A stretch of DNA of 62,641 nt, counting the filler, from Basidiobolus ranarum (taxonomy: Eukaryota), in the NCBI GenBank assembly GCA_040143965.1. It is 25 parts of 25 records of this genome, joined end to end, with 100 filler letters (N's around TTAATTAATTAA, not from the genome) between each part and the next. Parts side by side here need not be neighbours in the genome. Positions count along the whole stretch, not along the records: positions 10,077 to 12,492 come from JASJQH010010236.1; positions 12,593 to 15,007 come from JASJQH010010237.1; positions 15,108 to 17,521 come from JASJQH010010238.1; positions 17,622 to 20,034 come from JASJQH010010239.1; positions 20,135 to 22,547 come from JASJQH010010240.1; 20 more parts are not named here. One strand, written 5' to 3'. Position numbers and translations under genes: made by a program. Of the stretch, positions 11,926 to 22,647 are shown piece after piece (within the stretch, counting starts at the first letter, position 1; the number at the start of each line of letters is the position of its first letter). The notes beneath the pieces were generated by a model, which searched no databases, was not told the DNA's origin, and saw only the letters and a program-made list of their open reading frames with translations.

Positions 11926-12243
11926 TGTCACTTTGTTTAGATTAGTATATTAGCTAAATAAAGTCCACATCACCTGGTGCTTTTCATCCCCCCCTAGGCC
12001 CTAAATGTCACTTTGTTTAGATTAACTCAAAAGTTAAACAAAGTTCACATCACCTAGTGCTTTTCATTCCCCTATACTTGGATTGTGCCCTCTTACCAAA
12101 AGAGTAGTATGGGCTAATAGGTAGTATAATCAATAGGAAAAGTGTACTTTTGCCAAAATGATCATAACACTAACCCATTTTGACCAATCAAATAGCTACG
12201 ACATTGTGCTCTTACCAAAAGAGCATCATGGCATTAGTGGTAG
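11926..12243. repeat. Two pairs of imperfect direct repeats (80-nt period at 11926/12006; ~120-nt period at ~12083/12203)
   Basis: TGTCACTTTGTTTAGATTA...CACATCACCTRGTGCTTTTCAT occurs twice; CTCTTACCAAAAGAG occurs twice. Confidence 0.75.
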
Positions 12244-12592
12244 GCCCAAATTCGAAATTTGACTGATTTGTTAGGACCATTGCCATGGTCTAGATAGACA
12301 TTAACCCTAACCTTAAGAAGACATCTGATGTTTTGTCTACGATTGGCATCTAGTCTCGCATAAACCAGGCATCTATGAAATAAGACCTAACCGACGGACC
12401 GTAATCATTTGAGTCGAAAGATTCCGTCTTTGGATCGGGTTTGGGAGATCCGTTGGTGGAAGATATCTACCTACCCACTTCAACAACTACACNNNNNNNN
12501 NNNNNNNNNNNNNNNNNNNNNNNNNNNNNNNNNNNNTTAATTAATTAANNNNNNNNNNNNNNNNNNNNNNNNNNNNNNNNNNNNNNNNNNNN

Positions 12593-12850
12593 CATCTTGA
12601 ACTTCCAAAGGTGAAAGTCTTCACTATCAAATATCATGGTGGATGGAAAAACATTGATTATGGTACTGGTCAACATTCCTTTAACAGCTAGCTTGGGGCT
12701 TATAACCTGATAAAAGTGCTTAGGGGATTTGGAAATGTTTTGAACCAGATTTGGATTTGTGAATTAGACACTTAGGTTTTATTAAATTGAATATGTCCAA
12801 TTTATAGTTTAGTACAAAATAGGACTATTGGACTTGCTTGTATCATATCA
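12593..12850 (-). mobile_element. Copia-2 5' end: LTR-D 3' part (12708-~12850), PBS (12696-12707), gag start (ATG 12676)
   Basis: Minus strand reads ...TTTTATCA-GGTTATAAGCCC, then MLTSTIINVFPSTMIFDSEDFHLWKFKM, resembling the copia gag N-terminal F.G.NF..WK.KM motif. Confidence 0.8.
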
Positions 12851-12899
12851 CTAAATTATGGATTTTTCACACTTCATAGAAACAAAACATCCTCTGGGG

Positions 12900-14292
12900 A
12901 CTGTGAAAACATTCATAAAATGCTATGTTGTCTAAATACTTTAATATATTGGATGTGTCATCAGAGACTAATAACAACAACTGCTTTTGATGCTTTGAGT
13001 TATTTTCTTGGTCCCTTAGGTATCAAGGGAATCCGGGAACATGTTAAAAATCATGATGGACCCATTTCCATCCAAGATGTGTTTTCTATAGAAAGATTTC
13101 TCAAGATCAAGTTTAATGTTATGCCAACAAGTTAGTTCCAGGATTAAGAAAAAGACAAATTATTCCCAAACTTCTGGGGGGTGTTGGTAAATAACCAATC
13201 TCTTTGTTACCATTTGATAAGCATTATTGTGTTATTACAGGTAGAACAAAATTGCAATTTTTTGATTTTCAAAAATCAACCCCAACTTATGGTAAAGATG
13301 ACAACATTCCATTAAATGCTCTCAAAGGAATAGAACAAAGGTTTTATTACTTCTTTGATTTTGAGACTGTATGGCACAAAGATACAATGGAAATGTTGCC
13401 TAATGCATATAGTATTACTGTTACTAACAAAAATGGTGAAATTTTTGTCAAAGGTTCAAAATGTGAGATCCAGATATTCATGATGTCCAAGGCAAGCTGA
13501 TGACTTATTTACAAAGTGTAGATATGCAAAAAATGATAGTAAATTATCTCATTGGATATATTAATTCTAAGTTTGACAATCATCTGTTAATTAATGTAGC
13601 CCAGAAACACAATTGTTGAGCACAGGGGAGAAATATTTTCCAATAATGCAATACTACTCACATATATCTAATGGTTGAGAATAAAAGAATTATTTAGATT
13701 TTTGTGGAGAAAATTGGCTGAAATTATACAAGAGTTTAATTGTGCTACCATAATGGAAGACTTTGATCATGCAGAAGTACAGTCTGAATATCTTGAAGGA
13801 AATATGTTGGCTTTTCTCGAAAAAAATAAAGGCAAAATAAAAAAATATACAATTTCTGATACTAAAATATTGGCCAAACTTTAGCACAGAGTCAGAAACA
13901 TATTTTTTATACTCTTAAGATGGATAAAGACAAAGAATTAACATTTCCCAGTTTGGCTTATAAATCTCTGAAAAATCACATAGATGTCAGAGAAGATATT
14001 CAAAAGTTATTGCCAATTTTAAATCCCAAACAAGATTTGGCAATTTGACTAAGTACAATAGGGGCAGAACAGAAATTTTTCTTGATGGATATTTGACAAA
14101 CTAGTAGCAATGTTTGACATAATGTGTTTATATATATATATGATGATGTTACATAACTTACCAATAGATATGCCTGGGAAAACTAAGACATACTGCAAAG
14201 GAAAAATGGGCATTTATAACATTACAATTAATGATCAAACTGTAGATCAAATAATTATCCCCAATGTTAGAGCTGACATAGGGATTCTTTGA
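12900..14292 (+). pseudogene. Decayed protein-primed family B DNA polymerase (DNA_pol_B_2 type; Polinton/linear-plasmid-like), N-terminus to just past motif A
   Basis: Collinear motifs: ExoI FFDFET (13351), ExoII IGYINSKFD (13551), ExoIII YTISD (13846), IG(G)RTEIF (~14058, 1-nt frameshift), motif A-like FDIMCLYIYMM..LP (14113); several stops and frameshifts. Confidence 0.78.
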
Positions 14293-14294
14293 AT

Positions 14295-15007
14295 TGGAAG
14301 TAAAATGGCATATTTAGTGCTTACTGTGATGTATCTAAGGCCTACAGACTGCTTTGTATCAAAAATCAGCAGCTAATTAGGGGCAGAAAGACCAATTATG
14401 ATGAAAAAGCAAATATTCCACCCCAAATTACAGTTTTTGATCCAGAAAGCACAATCAGCACAATTCTGGAAGTGTCCAATGAGATTCCAGCTGTATCTGA
14501 GGCCTATTCAACCAAAATTAGTTCAAATTACATCAGAGAATATTTTCGGACCCAGATTACTATTCAGAAGGAGGAATAGGTCAGGAAACTAGAGGAACAC
14601 TTCCAGTGATGATGTATATGCTTATGCAACATTCTGTGATAAGCCACAGACTCTGGATCTAGCTCTGGAGTGTCAACATTTGAAATTATGGGAAAAAGCA
14701 ATTTCTAATTAGTTTTCTTCACTTCAGGAAAAAAACATGAATTTTAAGTCCTCTACCATCAGGCAGAAAGCCAATACATTGCGAATGAGTCTCCAAAGTC
14801 AAAACCTCATTGATGGAACATTAGATCAATCCTGGTACTTGATAAAAGTGTTTAGGGGATTTGGAAGTGTTTTGGACAAGATTTGGATATGTGAACTAGA
14901 CACTTAAGTTTTATTGAATTGAATATGTCCTATTTATAGTTTACTATGAAATAGGACTATTGGATGTGCTTAGATCATAACAAACATGCCTGTTAAGCAT
15001 GGGTGAA
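14295..15007 (+). mobile_element. Copia-2-like pol fragments (post-integrase region to RT start) and a minus-strand LTR-D fragment at 14840-15007
   Basis: GIFSAYCDVSKAYRL (~14307) and KPQTLDLALECQHLKLWEKAI..FSSL (~14641) resemble copia motifs; 14840-15007 matches 12708-12850 and the reverse complement of 24628-24977. Confidence 0.7.
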
Positions 15008-15270
15008 NNNNNNNNNNNNNNNNNNNNNNNNNNNNNNNNNNNNNNNNNNNNTTAATTAATTAANNNNNNNNNNNNNNNNNNNNNNNNNNNNNNNNNNNNN
15101 NNNNNNNGTATTCAAATTCGAGAAGTACCATAAATTAGTTGGGGTAGTTATTTTGCTGGAACATCCAAGCCTTTGGGATGTGGAGCTGTGGGGAAGTGAA
15201 TGCCATGAAGAATCCCCATATTTGATTTGGTGACGAAGCTAATGACTCTGCCAATTTAGGGAGTTCTCAT

Positions 15271-15311
15271 ATGACGTCATAGATAGTCTTATGCAGCTAA
15301 GATGTATAAAA
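15271..15311 (+). promoter_or_regulatory. CRE/ATF palindrome ATGACGTCAT (15271-15280) and TATA box TATAAAA (15305-15311)
   Basis: Exact consensus matches within 81 nt upstream of the ATG at 15352. Confidence 0.55.
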
Positions 15312-15351
15312 GAAACTCTATCATCCTCAGTAGTCTCAACAATTTCACAAT

Positions 15352-15702
15352 ATGTCAAACAACGATAGAAGCCAAGATAACAAAGGTAACTCATACAACC
15401 CCGCCTCCGCTGACCATGTTGGTGCTGCCTTTATGCCCGGACCATTTCTAGGAGCTGGTGCACCAGCTGGAGCTCCCCCTGGCTCTGGAAACAACGAAAA
15501 CGCTGATAGTATATATAGAATTCAACCTCATCCAAATCCTTCAGACTCTTCATCGGGTAACCCTAGTGGATATAATCCTTCTTCTGCTGATCATATTGGT
15601 GGTGCATTCATGCCAGGCCCATTCATGGCTTCGGGAAACAATGACACTGCTTTTGAACAAGCTAATATTCGTAAGCAACAAGAGAAAGACAAACAGCAAT
15701 AA
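15352..15702 (+). CDS. Small hydrophilic protein (116 aa) with a duplicated 18-aa motif
   Basis: Intronless ORF with good start context (ACAATATG) and an upstream TATA box; YNPASADHVGAAFMPGPF and YNPSSADHIGGAFMPGPF. Confidence 0.8.
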   Translation: MSNNDRSQDNKGNSYNPASADHVGAAFMPGPFLGAGAPAGAPPGSGNNENADSIYRIQPHPNPSDSSSGNPSGYNPSSADHIGGAFMPGPFMASGNNDTAFEQANIRKQQEKDKQQ

Positions 15703-16025
15703 GTTCACTATTAGTCCTGTATAATAGCATCGTTGCTAGTTTGTTGTATAATCTGTAAACCCTTAAATAAATCTATATTAATTGAGCGAACTCATTGAAA
15801 TACACATTCTACTATATTTAAACTTCTTTATCAAAGTTTGATTAACATATCCTCATCCTTGAAAGAGATAATCCATCAAATAATCGAGATAAATTGTGAC
15901 GGTGGATCTCAGCTGAGCTTTTCTTTAGTGTGTAGTCACAACAATAAACATAATTCATCAAAATTTCTTCTTGAACTATTTTCTCTGGTTATCACTCTCT
16001 AGTTACACTCTTCGTTAGCTAAATC

Positions 16026-17521
16026 ATGCCACCAAAGAAAAAGCCTGATGTTCCATGTGGAAATCCATTACTTCTTGGTTGGATTGGTGAATGGATGGAG
16101 GTAGCTAAATCTCAGCATTCAAAAACATACCATAGTTTTAGAAAGGTTAGTTATTCTTGATCCCCTATCTGAATTCATTCCAAGATTATAATTCTGAACG
16201 TAAGATTTAATCCCTATTGTTACGTATAGGCGTATGTTTCCATGTCCAAATACCCTTTACCCTTCAGTCACCCTCGAGAAGCCACACAATTGGAGGGAAT
16301 TGGTCCAGGTATTGTAAATAAATTAGAGAAGAAGATGAAAGAATATTGTGAGAAGAATGGGTTGCCATTACCCGAAGAAGGTGACTATTTATTATAATCC
16401 TTGTTTACAGCGTAACTGTAGTTCTGATATTTTACGTTGAAAGTTGACCCTAAACCAGCCAAGCGTTTAACTGAAAGTAAAGACTCAAGCGAATCACAAG
16501 ACACTGAAAATATCGCCAAACCTAGAAAACGTAGAGTCAAACCGTACGTTCCCCAGTACCGATCAGGTGCTTATGCCTTATTACTGGGACTTCTCTCCGG
16601 ACATGACAATCCAATTACTCAGGGATTCATGACTAAAGAAGCTTTAACCAAGGAAGGACAAAATTATTGCGATGCTTCATTCACCGTTCCATTACCTGGA
16701 AAACATTACACTTCATGGAGTTCTATGAAAACATTGATTGATAAAGATTTGGTTTATAAACAAGGAAACCCTGGAAGGTATATTTTAACAGAATCCGGAT
16801 TAACTCTAGCAAATCAACTATCACAAGCTAGTCAGACACAAAACAGCAACCCCCACGGTTCCGGAAGGAACTCATCTGAAGATGAGTTTTCTTGTTCACA
16901 ACAGACGTCAATTTTAAGTGAGAGTGAAAACTCTGAACACGAAGTAAATCTTTCACAATCCATTAAAACTGATGGGTCATCAACCGAATTACCTTACTTA
17001 TATGTGACACCGGGTGATGAGCATGTCAGAGAACGAGTGAAAGCATCCGTTAAGATGAATGGTAAATCTAGCATCACTGCGTAATGAATATATACCCAAC
17101 AATACTAAAATCTTTTACATTAGAAAAAGACTTTTCCCTACAGTATCGAATTGTTTATCCAAGCTCTTCCCGAGCAACCGCATACCACATGCAAGTAGAT
17201 CTTGAATGTCATTGTCTGAAGGATGATACGTTACTGATAGGTTACATTCCTGAGTCCATTGCACAAAAAATGGCTCCTGGTTTGAGTTCAACCAAGAGTT
17301 GTAAAACTACCTCCAGTATGAGTATACCGTCTGATACAGAGAATGTTGCTAGTGAAGCCTCATTCACATCTAGCGTATCCAAAGCGGAGGCACCAGCATT
17401 CACTTATCCTTCTAAGATGGGAGGCATTAAACGTACTGACTCTATACTCTCTGAGGCCTCATCAATCGGTGAAGGAGATGCACTTTTCCCGCCCATTAAT
17501 CCAATCGCATTCCCACCGGGT
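16026..17521 (+). CDS. MUS81: Crossover junction endonuclease Mus81, 3'-truncated; exons 16026-16145, 16230-16380, 16444-17061, 17124->17521
   Basis: N-terminal HhH region CGNPLLLGWIGEW...KAYVSMSKYPLPFSHPREATQLEGIGPGIV and winged-helix PYVPQYRSGAYALLLGL...YTSWSSMKTLIDKDLV; three GT-AG introns keep the frame. Confidence 0.93.
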
Positions 17522-17621
17522 NNNNNNNNNNNNNNNNNNNNNNNNNNNNNNNNNNNNNNNNNNNNTTAATTAATTAANNNNNNNNNNNNNNNNNNNNNNN
17601 NNNNNNNNNNNNNNNNNNNNN

Positions 17622-17739
17622 GAACCTCACAAGTAAGTTCGACAATGTCATTCCATTGAGCAGTGTGACGGATAGCCTTGGTAACTCTGACCTTGGCCTT
17701 TCCGTAAGCTTGGCGTTTTAATTCAGCAATGGCAGACAT
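17622..17739 (-). CDS. Uricase paralog, 5' end only
   Basis: MSAIAELKRQAYGKAKVRVTKAIRHTAQWNDIVELTCEV aligns with the N-terminus of 18349-19239. Confidence 0.88.
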
Positions 17740-18348
17740 AATCGAAATGAACTTTAAGATGGAATGGTTCTATCTCTTAATGAGGCCAAGCGAAGCTTTA
17801 TATAACACTTTCATAGAATATTATCGAAATCTACATGATCAATAGATAATCAAATTCATACTTGTTGGAGTTTTTGGTTTCGTTCGTTTTTGCATTCTAG
17901 TATCCCGAGTGAATTGATGGTTTTACCGGTTTTATGTGGGAATGATCTTAATACTGAAATCAAGATCTACTTCTTCCATTTTTGAATACGTCTAGGTTAT
18001 CTGTTTCCCAGTGACCACATTTTTTATATACTATTTTATACCAATGTTGACGAAGATGTACCTCCAGTTCATCGGCGTAGTCTTACTATGGAATACGTCG
18101 GTTATCCGTTCCTCCAAATGATGTACTATCTAATTGCTTGTCCATTGAGTGGCGATACAGAAATAGTGTTTAAATGACCAATACAAGTGTTTATTGTTCA
18201 ACAATTAAAATAGTGGCCTATCTGCCAACTAAGCGCCTATATACTGTTAGATGATGATAGCGTATTTAAATAGCGCGATGCAGTTTTGATGAAGTTTGAT
18301 ATCGTGCATGGAAGGATGATTTAACAAATGTGATTATGAAGGGTTAAC

Positions 18349-19239
18349 TTAACGACGAGCAATGGTGGCAGTGATCAAACCAGATGGGTCACTGACAGGT
18401 TGGAAAATATCCATATCCTTGCCTTCGTTAGGAAGGTTGAAAGGCTTGAGGTTGACACTGAAGTAATGCTTGTTGGGAAGAGCATAACTGATTTCGCTAA
18501 CATCTTGGTAGTTACCCAATACCTTCTCTCCCATACGGTACATGGTGGCTTGAACAGAAGCGGAGTCATCGGTAGCAAAGGTACTCAAGGTGATTTCGCG
18601 AACTCCAGTGGCAATCTCATCAAAGGCAATATCCTCAATGTTGGACTTCTCAAGGTTGTAGGTCCATCTGGCATCAACACTGGTGGAGAAGATACGGTCG
18701 GTGGCATCTTGAAGAGTGGTGTACTCACAACGATGGAAGTTGGTAAAGGATGAACCGGTGGTCTTCAACACAAGAAGGTCCTTGAGACGAGACTCAATGG
18801 TGGCCTTACCACTGCGAGAAACAGTCAATTCGGCACATCTGGTCTCTTCACCATCACGGAAGAAAGAGTGAGGATGGAGTTGACCGTCAATATCGATACG
18901 AGTCCAACGGTGTTGGATAATCTTGATGTAAACATCATCGACATGGGAGTATCTGTTGATGAAGTGTTGTCCAATCTCATAACCGAAACGTTCGATAGTT
19001 TGAACGTTGTTGGATTTCTTGGCAAGAACATAGATGGTGTTCTTGACGGTGTCGGTAGGAACAATGGAACTGTTGTCAGCCTTAGTGTAGGAAGTCTCGA
19101 ACTTTCCGTCAAGAAGAACTTGGCAAGTAAGTTCAACAACATCATGCCAGTCCTTGGTGTGGCGAATGACCTTGGTGACGCGAACCTTAGTCTTACCGTA
19201 GGCTTGTTTCTTTAAGAAGACTGCAGAGTCGGAGGACAT
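18349..19239 (-). CDS. uaZ: Urate oxidase (uricase), 296 aa, intronless
   Basis: YGK..VR, IVPTDTVKNT, LLVLKTTGSSF, DRIFST, SASVQATMY, LPNKHYF and PSGLI are uricase family motifs. Confidence 0.97.
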   Translation of the reverse strand: MSSDSAVFLKKQAYGKTKVRVTKVIRHTKDWHDVVELTCQVLLDGKFETSYTKADNSSIVPTDTVKNTIYVLAKKSNNVQTIERFGYEIGQHFINRYSHVDDVYIKIIQHRWTRIDIDGQLHPHSFFRDGEETRCAELTVSRSGKATIESRLKDLLVLKTTGSSFTNFHRCEYTTLQDATDRIFSTSVDARWTYNLEKSNIEDIAFDEIATGVREITLSTFATDDSASVQATMYRMGEKVLGNYQDVSEISYALPNKHYFSVNLKPFNLPNEGKDMDIFQPVSDPSGLITATIARR

Positions 19240-19882
19240 TGTATAAATATTTTAAAGCAATAAAAGAGACAGGTTCATCCCTTATTTATATCACTTTCTC
19301 CCCTGAACTACGATTACCTCATTCTCACCCTCACCCCCTTCGCTACTTTTTGGCATGTAGATTATCCGGAACAATGAAATCCCATTCGATGGATGGAGTA
19401 AGCTGCATTGCTCCAATTACTAACAAATCATAGCCATGCATCTCAAAATTATCCTTTTCTTAATCTTCACTGATGTACTCATCCAATTTAGTTATCTGGG
19501 ACCTGATCTCACATTATCATACCTGTTTTATCCATCAGTGGCTGTCACAAATGTGCACTTGCATGCTCATTCGAGCGAAATTTTTCATAAATTAAATCTT
19601 ATTGCCACCAATCTCTGACATTCTCATGAGATTCGAATTTATTGGGGAAATTTTTATCTTTTGTTTCTTAACGAGTTAAGGTAGATTATTCTTGCTTGGA
19701 TATTTTAAACCTTGGTTACTTTTAGAATCAATGTTCTTGGTTTTCTTTCATTTTAGAAGATTATTTGGGGTGTATAATACTTTATTATGTCTCCATAATT
19801 CTCTCTTTTAATAAATAGAATGATTTAAAATTACAAATGAAAATAATTTTCCGAAGATGAGGAAGTGCAATGTTAAATGAGT

Positions 19883-20034
19883 TTAGAATTTGTTTCCACG
19901 ACGGCCGATGGTGGCAGTGATCAAACCAGAGAAGTCAGTAATGGGTGAGAAAACGGTCATCTCTTGGCCAGCGTTAGGAAGGTTGAATGGTGCAAGGTTG
20001 GTGGTGAAGTGATGGCTGTTAGGAAGAGCATAGT
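19883..20034 (-). CDS. Uricase paralog, 3' end only
   Basis: YALPNSHHFTTNLAPFNLPNAGQEMTVFSPITDFSGLITATIGRRGNKF* aligns with the C-terminus of 18349-19239. Confidence 0.88.
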
Positions 20035-20134
20035 NNNNNNNNNNNNNNNNNNNNNNNNNNNNNNNNNNNNNNNNNNNNTTAATTAATTAANNNNNNNNNN
20101 NNNNNNNNNNNNNNNNNNNNNNNNNNNNNNNNNN

Positions 20135-21895
20135 CATATGCTAATCTGATTAACAATGTATCAGCAAAATCAGTGATGGATGTAATGCAATGGGTTAAGG
20201 AGACACCAGAGTATATTAACCTGCCAACAAAGGGCTCTTTTCAATGTGCTCATGGGTTTTTGCATTGTTTGAGCACAATAATGGAAACAAAGCCCAATCC
20301 ATGGGCACAGAGTAAGTACCTCTATAATTTGGACTAAATTGTTTGTTAAATTATCTGACAGTATTTCTAGGAATGCTGCAAGTCAGACTTCTTGGTGAGA
20401 TAGATAGAGATATGCAGTATTATTGTTTTAGCCATGGGGTAATCTATTCAAGCAATGAATTATCTACTTTTGGCAGGACATATGTTGACTGCAAGTTGGG
20501 TATATATTGGCTGAATTCTTTATGGAAATTTGCTAAAATCCAAGAGCTTATTCTCATTGTGAAAAATGACAAGAGTCAGCTATTTGCCAAGTGTCAGTGC
20601 TATTCTAAATTTCAGATGTTTAGCAATTTGTCCACCATTAGTTTGCTGGTTAAGCATATTGATGTTGTTGAGTTATGTCTGATCAGTCAAGTATGTGCAT
20701 ATGTAGAGACTCAGCACAATGAGATTCTTGTATTTTTTGATTCTCATTATGGCTGGAATACAAAGCCAAAAATATCTAAATAAAGGCATGCATATTAATT
20801 TGAATTCCTACCACATTAAACCCATTAATTTGACATTCAAAAATTAGATTTTTGCAAATATTACTGGAAATTAAACAGCACATGCCAAATATGAGGATCA
20901 ATATTTGAACACATATGAATACTGTCAAGAAGCTGCTGTCACACTATCAAAATCCCTGGAAGAATGCAAGCCACTAATATTGTAGCAGTTCTCTGATGGT
21001 ATTTTAATTCCCAAGGGTGGATACAATCCAGATCAAATTGATTCTATTTTTGTTAGGGCAACAAAGGGCTCTTCTCAATGTGCTCATGGGTTTTTGCATT
21101 GTTTGAGCACAATAACAGCAACAAAACCCAATCCATGCACACAGAGTAAGTACCTCTATATTTTGGACTAATTTGTTGATGTGATAATCTGATGATACTT
21201 TTGGGTAAGCTGCAAGTCAGACTTCTTGGTGAGATATATTGAGATACACAATATTATTGTTTTAGCCATGAGGTAATCTATGCAAGCAATGACATATCTA
21301 CTTGTGGCAGACATTTGTTGACTGCAAGTTGGGCATATTTTGGCTGAACTCTTTATGGAAATTTGCCAAAATCCAAGAGCTTATCCTTATTGTGAATGGT
21401 AACATGAGTCAGCTATTTGCCAAGTGTCAGTGCTATTAAAAATTTCAGATGTTTAGCAATTTTTCTACCACATGTTTGCTGGTAAGGCATATTGATGTTG
21501 TTTAGTTATGTCTGATCTGTCAAATATGTATGTATGTAGAGACTAAACCCAACAAGATTCTTGTATTTTTTGATTTGCATTATGGCTGGAATACAAAGCC
21601 AAAAATATCTAAATAAAAGCATGCATATTAATTTGAACTCCTACCACGGTAAACCCATTAATTTGCCATTCAAAAATTTGATTTTTGCAAACATTGCCAG
21701 AAATTAAATAACACATGCCAAATATAAGGATCAATAATTTAACATGTATGAATACTATCAAAATACAGTCAAGAAGCCACAATCACACCATCAAAGTCCC
21801 TTGCAGAATGCAAGCCACCAATACTTTGACAGTTCTCTGATGGTTTTGCAATCCAGAAGGGTAGATCCAATCCAGATCAAATCAATAGGTTAGGT
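20135..21895 (+). mobile_element. Two nested EnSpm/CACTA-like 3' halves, with right termini at 21058 (TGTTAGGG) and ~21895
   Basis: 20225-21058 and 21059-21895 are homologous to each other and to 49100-49935. Confidence 0.85.
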
Positions 21896-22460
21896 TTTAT
21901 CAATGAGTCCTAAAATTGGGTGCTCAAGTACATTTATCCCAAACTGTAAAAGAGGCTCTGAATGACCCCCACATGAAATTTTAGAGATCTGCAATGGCTG
22001 ATGACTACCAGGCTTTGATTGATTATCAAACTTGGATTTTAACCAACTTATTTGATGATAGAATATCAATTGGCTGTCAATGGGTGTTTAAAGTTAAATA
22101 CAACTCTGTTGGCAATATAGAAAGGTACAAGGCTAGAATAGTAGTCACAGGTTGTTCCTAAATACCAGGAATAGATCATATGGAAACTTTGGCTCTTGTA
22201 ACAGAGTCTAATTCAAGTAGATTGATTTTAGCAATTTCAGCTAAATGTTAGTTTAATATACATCTAGTGAATGTTAAAACTGCTTTTTTGAATGGTGAGC
22301 ATGCAGGGGTGATCTGTATAGACCAGCCAGATGGATTTGAAGACTCAGAAAACCCTAAAAAACCTTGCAAACTCTGCAAAACACTCTATGGCTTAAAACA
22401 ATCTCAAAGAGCATGAAATAGCAAGATAGATACTTTTTGGAAAACACTGAAATTCTAAAA
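21896..22460 (+). mobile_element. Copia-1 reverse transcriptase remnant, followed by a CACTA right terminus in reverse orientation (22461-22547)
   Basis: IGCQWVFKVK, RYKARIV, VKTAFLNG, LYGLKQS; CCCTGACAAAAAT at 22461. Confidence 0.9.
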
Positions 22461-22647
22461 CCCTGACAAAAATAAAATCAATTTGATCCGGATTGGATCC
22501 ACCCTCCAAAATAGCAAAACCGTCAGAGAACCGTCACAATATTGCTGNNNNNNNNNNNNNNNNNNNNNNNNNNNNNNNNNNNNNNNNNNNNTTAATTAAT
22601 TAANNNNNNNNNNNNNNNNNNNNNNNNNNNNNNNNNNNNNNNNNNNN

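Noticed and set aside
18375-19215. Antisense and alternate-frame ORFs over uricase
   Set aside because: Shadow ORFs expected from strong codon bias; no independent motifs.
15352-20034. Functional gene cluster linking MUS81, uricase and neighbours
   Set aside because: They lie on separate contigs joined only by size-sorted concatenation.
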